Shown here piece after piece: positions 56,811 through 64,000 of a stretch of 64,000 nt of DNA. Source of the DNA: a virus. Its lineage: Duplodnaviria; Caudoviricetes. The notes beneath the pieces are model-generated. The model saw only the letters and a list, made by a program, of their open reading frames with translations, did not search any database and had not been told where the DNA came from. The stretch is taken from IMG/VR virus record IMGVR_UViG_3300025390_000003, positions 1-64,000 of that record; one strand, given 5' to 3'. The position numbers and the translations under genes were made by a program. How positions within the stretch are numbered: the first letter of the stretch is position 1; each line of letters opens with the position of its first letter.

Positions 56811-59105
56811 TTAAGCGTATATTGAAGTTAAGAATTGGTTACGAACAGCATCTATAGCACTTGCAGTAGATTCTAATGCTTGCGCTTTCTGTTCTTGTTT
56901 TTGTTGTGTTGGATATACATTTACTCCTTGGGAATTTATTTGTTTACTCAATACTTCGATTAAAGCAAACATAGATTCCCCCAAAACTTTTAATCCGTTA
57001 TTTGCATTACCAGTGTTTTTATCAATGGATTCTAAAACTTTTGTATTATCTATATCACCACCACTTTTACCCAACATTTTATCGATTGCACCACCCGCTT
57101 TAAACCCAATAACAGAATCTTCACTGGAGAATTTAATAGTAGGAGAATTTGGACGAGAAATGAAATCATCAGCTTTATCTATATTATTTGGAGAAGCTTT
57201 AGTTTGTTCTTTTTCGTTTCCACCACCCGTTATATATTTCCATGCGTTAGCAACTTTATCTTTTACATTACCAATTATTTTAGAACCAATTTTTTTAACA
57301 TTTTCCACTACAGAATCTTTAATCCATGTTATCATATCCTCCAACACATCAAAACTATTCGCTACTTGGGATTCTCCTCCTGTTGCTGCATTAGTTTCTT
57401 TTAATAACCCAAATGCATCTAATACCATACCAACAACAGGAATTGCATGAGCTAAACTTATAAAACCTTCTTTATAATTTCCTTGTTTGAATTGTTCTAT
57501 AGAATTTATCAAAGATCCGATAAAAGGAATGTTACTAAGATTTTCCTTCATCCAATCATACATCATTGAAATACCATCCGTGACAAAATTAAATCCACTA
57601 TCTACTGTCGATCTTATATCTGATGCTGTAGCTTTTGCGTTATCATCATCCATACCAAAAGCACTTAATATAGAATCAATGGATGGAATACAATCACCCA
57701 AACGTTTAAAACCTTCTTTATAATTTCCTTGTTTGAATTGTTCTATAGAATTTATCAAAGATCCGATAAAAGGAATGTTACTAAGATTTTCCTTCATCCA
57801 ATCATACATCATTGAAATACCATCCGTGACAAAATTAAATCCACTATCTACTGTCGATCTTATATCTGATGCTGTAGCTTTTGCGTTATCATCATCCATA
57901 CCAAAAGCACTTAATATAGAATCAATGGATGGAATACAATCACCCAAACGTTTAAAACCTTCTTTATAATTTCCTCCAGAAAAAAGACCAATAGCATCAA
58001 CTAACGGACCAATAACTGGAAGGTCTTTTACTTTTTCTCCTATCCATTTACCAAAATCTTTAAGATACCCCATTATGATCAACCCCTTTCCTTTTCCACC
58101 GCCAGAAGGAGTTCCACCAGCTTTTACATCTAAAAACATATTGAGTGCGTCTATCGCATACGAAAGCACTGTTCCTAATCCTGGAACAGCCAAATTAACA
58201 CTATTTGCTAATGCTGATAGCAAATCCAATATACCACCAACAATATCACCTTGCTTAAATCTAGAAATCGCAAATCCCATACTGATTATCCCACCAAGAA
58301 CAGGAACCCCTTTAATACTTTTTGCTAAAAATCCTGCTACTTTACCGAAAATAGTTTTCAAAACCCCCTTTCCTGCTGATTTTTCCAACACAACAGCACC
58401 TTCCTTCGCAACACCACCACCAAAAAGACCCTTTAATCCACTAAATGCTTTACCAAAAATTCCCTTTACGGATTTACCAATAGCACCAAAAATTTTAGCA
58501 GGAAACTTCATAAAAGATTTGATATTCTTTAAAAATGTAGTTGCTGCCTTTTCCATCAATTTCAAACCACCTTGTATCCCAACTCGACTAACAAGTTTCA
58601 ACAATCCTTTAAACGGACCATCGGTTTCTAATCCCTTAACCAACGCAAAAATACCACCAGCAAGCAACGCAAGACCACCCAAAAATGCCATACCCCCCCC
58701 TCCACCTTTATCCGGTTCTTTATCCGGTTCTTTATCAGGAATTTTTTTACTAACAAAAGAAGGCAACACATCCTTCAATTCATGTAATCCTTCCTGTGTA
58801 AATCCTCCAATTGTAACAACCTTTGGCTTATCATCAGTATCTGTAATAGTCTTAGTTTCTTTATTTACATTATTCGCAGTTTTACCAATTCCAATATCAC
58901 TAAATAACTTACTTAAGGTATTTTTATCTTCTATATTATTATTTTTTGTAGAATTTGTTGTTGGAGTATTGTCTTTAATTTTAAGCGCAGCAACCTTACT
59001 TTCAATAGTTTTTGAAAGTTTATCCACAAATGTCTTACCAATCCCTTCAAAAAAAGAGTTTGGTAAAATTTTTGTAATGTCTATTGGTTGTGCTGCTGTT
59101 GCCAT
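56811..59105 (-). CDS. Probable tape measure protein
   Basis: Gly/Ala-rich amphipathic helices, hydrophobic segments, repeated 'IPFIG/LPVIG/IPVVG', and position in the tail module. Confidence 0.7.
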   Translation of the reverse strand: MATAAQPIDITKILPNSFFEGIGKTFVDKLSKTIESKVAALKIKDNTPTTNSTKNNNIEDKNTLSKLFSDIGIGKTANNVNKETKTITDTDDKPKVVTIGGFTQEGLHELKDVLPSFVSKKIPDKEPDKEPDKGGGGGMAFLGGLALLAGGIFALVKGLETDGPFKGLLKLVSRVGIQGGLKLMEKAATTFLKNIKSFMKFPAKIFGAIGKSVKGIFGKAFSGLKGLFGGGVAKEGAVVLEKSAGKGVLKTIFGKVAGFLAKSIKGVPVLGGIISMGFAISRFKQGDIVGGILDLLSALANSVNLAVPGLGTVLSYAIDALNMFLDVKAGGTPSGGGKGKGLIIMGYLKDFGKWIGEKVKDLPVIGPLVDAIGLFSGGNYKEGFKRLGDCIPSIDSILSAFGMDDDNAKATASDIRSTVDSGFNFVTDGISMMYDWMKENLSNIPFIGSLINSIEQFKQGNYKEGFKRLGDCIPSIDSILSAFGMDDDNAKATASDIRSTVDSGFNFVTDGISMMYDWMKENLSNIPFIGSLINSIEQFKQGNYKEGFISLAHAIPVVGMVLDAFGLLKETNAATGGESQVANSFDVLEDMITWIKDSVVENVKKIGSKIIGNVKDKVANAWKYITGGGNEKEQTKASPNNIDKADDFISRPNSPTIKFSSEDSVIGFKAGGAIDKMLGKSGGDIDNTKVLESIDKNTGNANNGLKVLGESMFALIEVLSKQINSQGVNVYPTQQKQEQKAQALESTASAIDAVRNQFLTSIYA
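57461..57975. repeat. Exact 246-bp tandem duplication plus a 23-bp third copy
   Basis: taaaaccttctttataatttcct starts at 57461, 57707 and 57953; the two full units look identical. Confidence 0.95.
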
Positions 59106-59186
59106 AATAAATAGGTATTACTATTATTTATTATGGATTTAATGAAATATAACAAAATTAGAACATTCTTAATAAATATTAAAAAT

Positions 59187-59609
59187 ATGAACAATTTTGA
59201 TGAATTATATCTAGAAATCTTAAATAAAATATCGTCACCAAAAATAATCACTACATATAAGGGCTTTGAAGGGAAAATCGACCCAACACAATACAATTCA
59301 AAAGAAAATATTATATATGTTAAACCTTCTTATAACCAGAAAAGTGATCCAGAAGGATGGATGGTTCATGAATATTCTCATGCGGATTCAAACGCAAAAG
59401 GAATTAAAGATGATAATAAACAATATCCCACAAACAATATTGAAATTTTGGCGTATACAAAACAATTCAAATGGTTAAAAGAAACGGGAAAATGTAGAAA
59501 ATTCAAAGATTTGAAAGATGTTAAAAAATTCCCCACATTAGCACAAAAATTCACAAGATATGATGGAGAATACGAACCAATACTAAAGAAATGTTGGGAT
59601 AATGCATAA
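59187..59609 (+). CDS. Zincin-like (HEYSH) protein, possible head-internal protein (start probably 59187)
   Basis: 'WMVHEYSHA...Y..N..E..AY'; TAAATA at 59173; N-terminus MNNFDELYLE. Confidence 0.65.
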   Translation: MNNFDELYLEILNKISSPKIITTYKGFEGKIDPTQYNSKENIIYVKPSYNQKSDPEGWMVHEYSHADSNAKGIKDDNKQYPTNNIEILAYTKQFKWLKETGKCRKFKDLKDVKKFPTLAQKFTRYDGEYEPILKKCWDNA

Positions 59610-59611
59610 AC

Positions 59612-59648
59612 GAACAATGCCAATAATATTTGATTATTGGCATTGTTC
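59612..59648. terminator. Hairpin between convergent genes
   Basis: gaacaatgccaataat / attattggcattgttc 16-bp inverted repeat. Confidence 0.75.
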
Positions 59649-59654
59649 AAATTT

Positions 59655-60110
59655 CTATTTTATAAGAAACCTTAAAGTTCTTATGTTTTCATCATAAGTA
59701 TAATTTATATAATCAGGATGAATGCGACGTAATCCATCAGCAATATAATAAACATATAATCCCTTACTATCTTTATCGGATTTTATAAAACTACTCATTT
59801 CTTCTTCCGTATTAAAATGTTTACTCATAACTTCATGAATTTTACCACCATAACTTACGATTGGACTTATAATATAACCCGATATGAAATCTTTATATTC
59901 TGATATATCATATCTTATGTTGAAGAATTCAGTTTTGTGTGACGAATTTATTTTTACCCATTCGTCATAATCGTAAATGATTCCGGCATCTGGAATTCCT
60001 TCTCCTTGTTCAAACTTCAATTCTCCCATTTCTTTTCCTAGTTCATAAATCACTGGAACTATATTTTCTGTCATATTATTTGTTGTTGTCATATTATTTG
60101 TTGTTGTCAT
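59655..60110 (-). CDS. Hypothetical protein
   Basis: 151 aa; the N-terminus MTTTNN-MTTTNN-MTE comes from an 18-bp tandem repeat. Confidence 0.6.
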   Translation of the reverse strand: MTTTNNMTTTNNMTENIVPVIYELGKEMGELKFEQGEGIPDAGIIYDYDEWVKINSSHKTEFFNIRYDISEYKDFISGYIISPIVSYGGKIHEVMSKHFNTEEEMSSFIKSDKDSKGLYVYYIADGLRRIHPDYINYTYDENIRTLRFLIK

Positions 60111-60162
60111 ATTTTAATATTTATAATTTCTATATTTTCTGGAATTTGTTTCATATGTTTGT

Positions 60163-60190
60163 ATTTTATCATATTTCCATAGTTTGTCAA
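60163..60190 (-). promoter_or_regulatory. Sigma70-type promoter TTGACA-16-TAAAAT (extended -10 TG)
   Basis: Perfect -35 box; the -10 box ends 8 nt upstream of an ATG at 60154. Confidence 0.7.
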
Positions 60191-60192
60191 CT

Positions 60193-61047
60193 TTAATCAT
60201 TGAAAAAAGAAGCATCCATCGGAAGTTCCCTTTTCAATTGCGCCACAACATCATTACCTTCCACATCCTTTTTAACAACTTCCACACTTATACTTGTCAA
60301 TTTTTCAGTAAGTGTCTTAAAATTTTCCATATATTTCAGAATCTTATTAATTATCGTCGTTGGAAATTTTGACACTATTGAAATTCTAGTTTTAAAATCT
60401 AATGTATCAAAATCAATTATCTGACCATCCGTAACCGATAAAGTCTTAATATATTTAGTAACTTCATTTATAAAAGCATTACCTACCAATTCCCTTAAAT
60501 CTTCTGATGTCTTAAGTTCAGATTTCGCAAGCTTTCCAACCTCATTCTCTAACTTATTTTCTGTTTTAATATTAGGAACGCCACAGACTATCTTATATGG
60601 AGGAACATCATCAATAATCAGTGTCTCAATCGCTCCCAAACCCTCTACAAAGCGTTCTAATACATCCGACAGGTCAACCACACCATCCTCTACAATCAAC
60701 CCATTTTCTTCAATTTCTTCCTTAGTATATTTAAAATTATAATCTTTAGATATACTGTTTATTCGTAATGTAACAAAATAAATAATCTTATCTAATGCTG
60801 TTAAATCATCAACTTTAAATGTTTCAGTAGTTATCACATTTTCCTTCATTATTTCATTAAAAGTAAGATTGAAAATAGATGTCTGTAATGGAGAATCAAC
60901 TAAACTTTTATACAACCGCTTTAATTGATCTGTGTTTAAAATTTTTGAAGGGATATTAACACCCAAAGAAGGAGCAAAAAATTCAAATGTGATTGTATCG
61001 TTAATTGTATCTAACGAACTTAAAATATTCTTAACATCTTGATTCAT
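60193..61047 (-). CDS. Baseplate hub assembly protein (gp26-like)
   Basis: 'PSLG..I..K.L...Q.K.L', 'LT.LD...Y.V.LRINSI', C-terminal 'ASFF'. Confidence 0.6.
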   Translation of the reverse strand: MNQDVKNILSSLDTINDTITFEFFAPSLGVNIPSKILNTDQLKRLYKSLVDSPLQTSIFNLTFNEIMKENVITTETFKVDDLTALDKIIYFVTLRINSISKDYNFKYTKEEIEENGLIVEDGVVDLSDVLERFVEGLGAIETLIIDDVPPYKIVCGVPNIKTENKLENEVGKLAKSELKTSEDLRELVGNAFINEVTKYIKTLSVTDGQIIDFDTLDFKTRISIVSKFPTTIINKILKYMENFKTLTEKLTSISVEVVKKDVEGNDVVAQLKRELPMDASFFND

Positions 61048-61073
61048 AATTATTATATTTAATAGCCATATTG

Positions 61074-62015
61074 TTATAAATCAACATAAGAATCGTCATT
61101 TATCGCAGTTTGTTCTCCTATATTTGAAGATTCTTGATTTGAATTTTCTTTCTGTATTGACATTTCCAACCGTTTTACAAATATTTGAAATTCTCCTGGT
61201 GTGCAATTTTCTACATATTCCGCAGACATATTAACATTCTTCGATAAATTATATATGTTATCATATAGAGATAATAAATCATCCAAAAATAAAATCTTGA
61301 CCAAAAATGAAAGATTATATACATTAACGTCTATTGGAATATTATACGTATCTGATATCATTTTATTGTTTAATATATCTAAAATATTAACACTCTTAAT
61401 ATTTAATATTTGTTGTTGTGTAGTTTTTAACAATTTGGTCGTTACTATTACTGGCAACTTACTAAATATTGCGCTTCTTTCTTCTATTGAAAGGTTTTTA
61501 TTTATTTCTAAGTTTAAAGTTTTGAATTTGGAACTTTTAATAAACTTTATAAAGATTATACCATCCAACCCAATGTCTGTCAAATTTAAATACGATAAAA
61601 GTTCGAAAATCGTTGGAAGTCGCAATTCAATTTCAAAATCTCCTGCTTGTATATACTTTGTTTGTATAAATGATTTCTTCACATCCTCAAACTTAGATAT
61701 TATTTTATTGATATCTAATGTAATTTTAGTTGGCATATCATTTTGAGTAAGCGTTAAATTTAAAACATTACCCAAACTAATACTACGTAAATTGAATAAT
61801 AATATAAAAAAGTCTATAAAATCCAATTCATCTAAATCTTGTGCTGAAAGTTCTACACGTTCTTGTAATATATTCCTAAGATTTAAAAATATAATCTTTG
61901 GATTTGGAACATCACCAAATAAACTTTTCAGTATTATTTTATAGTCCTTCACAAGAAGTTCTGAATATTGAATTTCTTTACCAAAAATATCAACAGTATT
62001 TAAAAATTTTGACAT
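61074..62015 (-). CDS. gp26-like hub protein with a gp51-like C-terminus
   Basis: 'LDFID...L..LRSISLG', 'IELRLPT', then 'LLSLYDNIYNL......YVEN.TP.E.QIFV'. Confidence 0.6.
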   Translation of the reverse strand: MSKFLNTVDIFGKEIQYSELLVKDYKIILKSLFGDVPNPKIIFLNLRNILQERVELSAQDLDELDFIDFFILLFNLRSISLGNVLNLTLTQNDMPTKITLDINKIISKFEDVKKSFIQTKYIQAGDFEIELRLPTIFELLSYLNLTDIGLDGIIFIKFIKSSKFKTLNLEINKNLSIEERSAIFSKLPVIVTTKLLKTTQQQILNIKSVNILDILNNKMISDTYNIPIDVNVYNLSFLVKILFLDDLLSLYDNIYNLSKNVNMSAEYVENCTPGEFQIFVKRLEMSIQKENSNQESSNIGEQTAINDDSYVDL

Positions 62016-62021
62016 TTACTA

Positions 62022-62831
62022 TTACAAATTTATCCCTGCGTTTATCGATAATCCATTTCTTGTCGTTAATCCCACATTTATAGAGTTTTCATAACTTGCG
62101 GATTCACTAGGAAAAAATGGAGGATTCCCATCAAATTTACCGTTTGCAATAATATCAGCACTGGAATCTATGTTGTAATAATTATATGCAAATGTAGAGA
62201 TTCTAATATGTGGTGCGGATGCTGCTGTGTAATTTTGTTCTTCTCCAGATATACTTACTGGACATACACCATAAAAACTATATTTTTGTCGAATATGTGG
62301 TGCAATTCCAAGAGAGGTCACACCTAATTTATAAACATATATATTAGTTCTATAATCCAAATCACTACCTTTAGGATATGCAATCATACCTAAATGTGAA
62401 GTCACTATCGTCCAAGGTCGCAACACATTTTCCGTAAAACTAACATTATTATCAACAAATGTTATTCTTAACGTATCAAAATCCTGTCTACCACCACCTA
62501 CGGTAGTTCGTATCAATCCTCCATACTGTGTCCCAACTGGATTTGGAGTAAACCCATCACTTGGTAATGTAACTGCTTGCGCAAACATACACCCTTTGTT
62601 AAATTGAAATACGGGCATTGTTGCAGTTTTTAATGCATTCTGTATATTCCACCCCTGTCCTCCAAATTTCGGTTCGTATTTCGCAACATTACCAATTACA
62701 CTAGGAAATTCATCAAAATATATAATCCATTGTGCTCCTTTTGGTAACGCGCCAGCAGGTTTCGACAATACTTGACTGAAAAAGTATCCTATTTGTTCGG
62801 AATTTTGACTGTAATATGCGGATTCTGCCAT
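62022..62831 (-). CDS. Tail-tube-like protein (gp54 / gp19 paralogue)
   Basis: 'AQAVTLP', 'LRITF.D...F...LRPW', 'YSFYGVCPVSIS', 'TFAYNYY'. Confidence 0.7.
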   Translation of the reverse strand: MAESAYYSQNSEQIGYFFSQVLSKPAGALPKGAQWIIYFDEFPSVIGNVAKYEPKFGGQGWNIQNALKTATMPVFQFNKGCMFAQAVTLPSDGFTPNPVGTQYGGLIRTTVGGGRQDFDTLRITFVDNNVSFTENVLRPWTIVTSHLGMIAYPKGSDLDYRTNIYVYKLGVTSLGIAPHIRQKYSFYGVCPVSISGEEQNYTAASAPHIRISTFAYNYYNIDSSADIIANGKFDGNPPFFPSESASYENSINVGLTTRNGLSINAGINL

Positions 62832-62863
62832 AATAATATAACTACTTATTATGGAATTTTAAA

Positions 62864-63391
62864 TTACTGTAATTTATACGCTCTCCAATAATGATATGCA
62901 AGAGTCGCAGGAATAGTAACAACAGTTCCCGCATCTTTAATGTCATAATTTGCTGTTGCAATATTTGTCACATAAGCACCATATAATCTATAACTACGTA
63001 TTGCTTGGTTTTGTTTGTTCATTAAACGTAAATCAATAAGAGATTCTGGCCCCGCAATATTATAATTTCCAGTGCTTGTCGCATCATCAAAAGTCGCAAT
63101 TTGATTTGCCTCTAATGCACTACGTATATCATATTTCGCATCACATCTAAAAGTAACTTGATATCCCGCAGACCCTGGATATTTTGCAGTCCCTGGAACA
63201 TTAAAATCCAATCCCATGAAAGGAACTGCAACATTATTAATTGCTCTATCTGGCAATACTGCGCTCTCAACATACACAAAATCATCCTCATTCAAAATTA
63301 CAGTACCTAATTGATAAAGTCTAAATTGAAATTGACGAGCGAAATCTCTTTCTTGCGAAACCCTATAGAAATCTGAAATATTTTGTGACAT
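62864..63391 (-). CDS. gp19: Tail tube protein gp19
   Basis: 'FARQFQFR', 'SAVLP.R.I..V.VPFMG', 'VTFRCD', 'Y.L.GAY', 'ATLAYHYW'. Confidence 0.85.
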   Translation of the reverse strand: MSQNISDFYRVSQERDFARQFQFRLYQLGTVILNEDDFVYVESAVLPDRAINNVAVPFMGLDFNVPGTAKYPGSAGYQVTFRCDAKYDIRSALEANQIATFDDATSTGNYNIAGPESLIDLRLMNKQNQAIRSYRLYGAYVTNIATANYDIKDAGTVVTIPATLAYHYWRAYKLQ

Positions 63392-63432
63392 ATACTATTA
63401 TTTATCATAGAAGTATTATTTTCTTTGACTTT

Positions 63433-64000
63433 TTATAAATTTTTATTACTGGTATTAGAATTCCACTCAAAAACATAATTACCACAATCATAAATCTTTA
63501 AATATCCCGCATTTTTCATGTTTTCCTCCGCTGTTTTATTTGGATCGAAATTACTCCCCAATCTTTTTGCCAACATATGCTTCTGAAACCCTACTCTATG
63601 TAACAACCTATCTCTTATTCTTGATGTAAAATACCAAAAATTAGGTGGAGAAATTCTAAGTAAATCGAATCCCAATTTATTATAAAGCCCCCCATTACTA
63701 TATCGCCTGTTCGCATAACTTATTATTTTTTGTGGATTATATGATCTTATAAAATATGAAAACAATTTAGACGCACCACCAACAACACAAGTATTCTGTT
63801 TGCAGCAATATCTCATCAATTCTAAAGTTGGTTTTGATCCAGTAATTTTTCTACTACCAAATGTCATAACTGATATTAATTCATCAGTTTTCTTATCAAA
63901 CAGCCCTATTTTATATTTTGAATTATCCTTCCCTTGTATATGATGCTCTATTAAAAACATATTCTTTGTATTATTATCAATATCTTTCACATAACAATTC
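63433..64000 (-). CDS. Third Hef-like endonuclease paralogue, C-terminal GNAT/Mom-like part only (runs off the window)
   Basis: 'FL..HHIQG', 'ISVMTFG', 'ELMRYC', 'VVGGASKL', 'SYANRRYSNG.LY..LGF', 'IYDCG'. Confidence 0.75.
   Translation of the reverse strand, partial: NCYVKDIDNNTKNMFLIEHHIQGKDNSKYKIGLFDKKTDELISVMTFGSRKITGSKPTLELMRYCCKQNTCVVGGASKLFSYFIRSYNPQKIISYANRRYSNGGLYNKLGFDLLRISPPNFWYFTSRIRDRLLHRVGFQKHMLAKRLGSNFDPNKTAEENMKNAGYLKIYDCGNYVFEWNSNTSNKNL

Noticed and set aside
57461-57975. Repeat pair as a DGR template/variable region or CRISPR array
   Set aside because: The copies are identical, tandem and in frame. There are no adenine-specific mismatches, no spacers, and no reverse transcriptase or cas gene in the window.
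58707-58740. 12-bp PDKE tandem repeat in the tape measure
   Set aside because: It is a short in-frame linker microsatellite with no sign of a switching role.
58075-59142. 355-aa plus-strand ORF
   Set aside because: It is the antisense shadow of the tape measure gene. Its Pro-rich sequence mirrors the Gly codons of the real gene and it has no motif.
688-62083. Many 60-180-aa ORFs nested antisense or out of frame in long genes
   Set aside because: They overlap well-supported genes entirely and show no recognisable motifs or promoters.
1-64000. Stop-codon reassignment (alternative genetic code)
   Set aside because: Core genes are full length in the standard code, and TAA, TGA and TAG all end plausible genes.

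Overview
This is a 64-kb, AT-rich, densely coding segment of a large T4-like (contractile-tailed) bacteriophage genome read in the standard code. It holds the head module: portal gp20 with a mini-intein, neck gp13, prohead protease gp21, scaffold gp22 and major capsid gp23. It also holds most of the baseplate and tail: a split gp5 spike with inserted peptidoglycan hydrolases, gp6, gp25, gp53, gp26/gp51-like, gp48/gp54-like, tail tube gp19, a probable tape measure, and large PKD/NHL wedge proteins. Neck gp14, a small terminase-like gene and DNA metabolism genes (RNase H, class II ribonucleotide reductase, clamp loader, PhoH) are also present. I saw no tRNA, rRNA, CRISPR array or DGR. Most notable observations: (1) five dispersed small genes share one N-terminal Cys/Asn anchor motif fused to unrelated fibre-tip domains, suggesting a plug-in receptor-binding array; (2) three paralogues carry a Mom-like GNAT domain, fused to a Vsr/DUF559-type nuclease in the two complete copies; (3) most genes have their own promoter placed 5-12 nt from the start codon with no Shine-Dalgarno, suggesting largely leaderless expression; (4) the scaffold has a 7x15-aa His-containing repeat; (5) two wall hydrolases are inserted inside the gp5 OB-fold; (6) virion proteins are visibly rich in hydrophobic-S-[AGS] tripeptides. 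All assignments come from motif recognition by eye; no database search was run.
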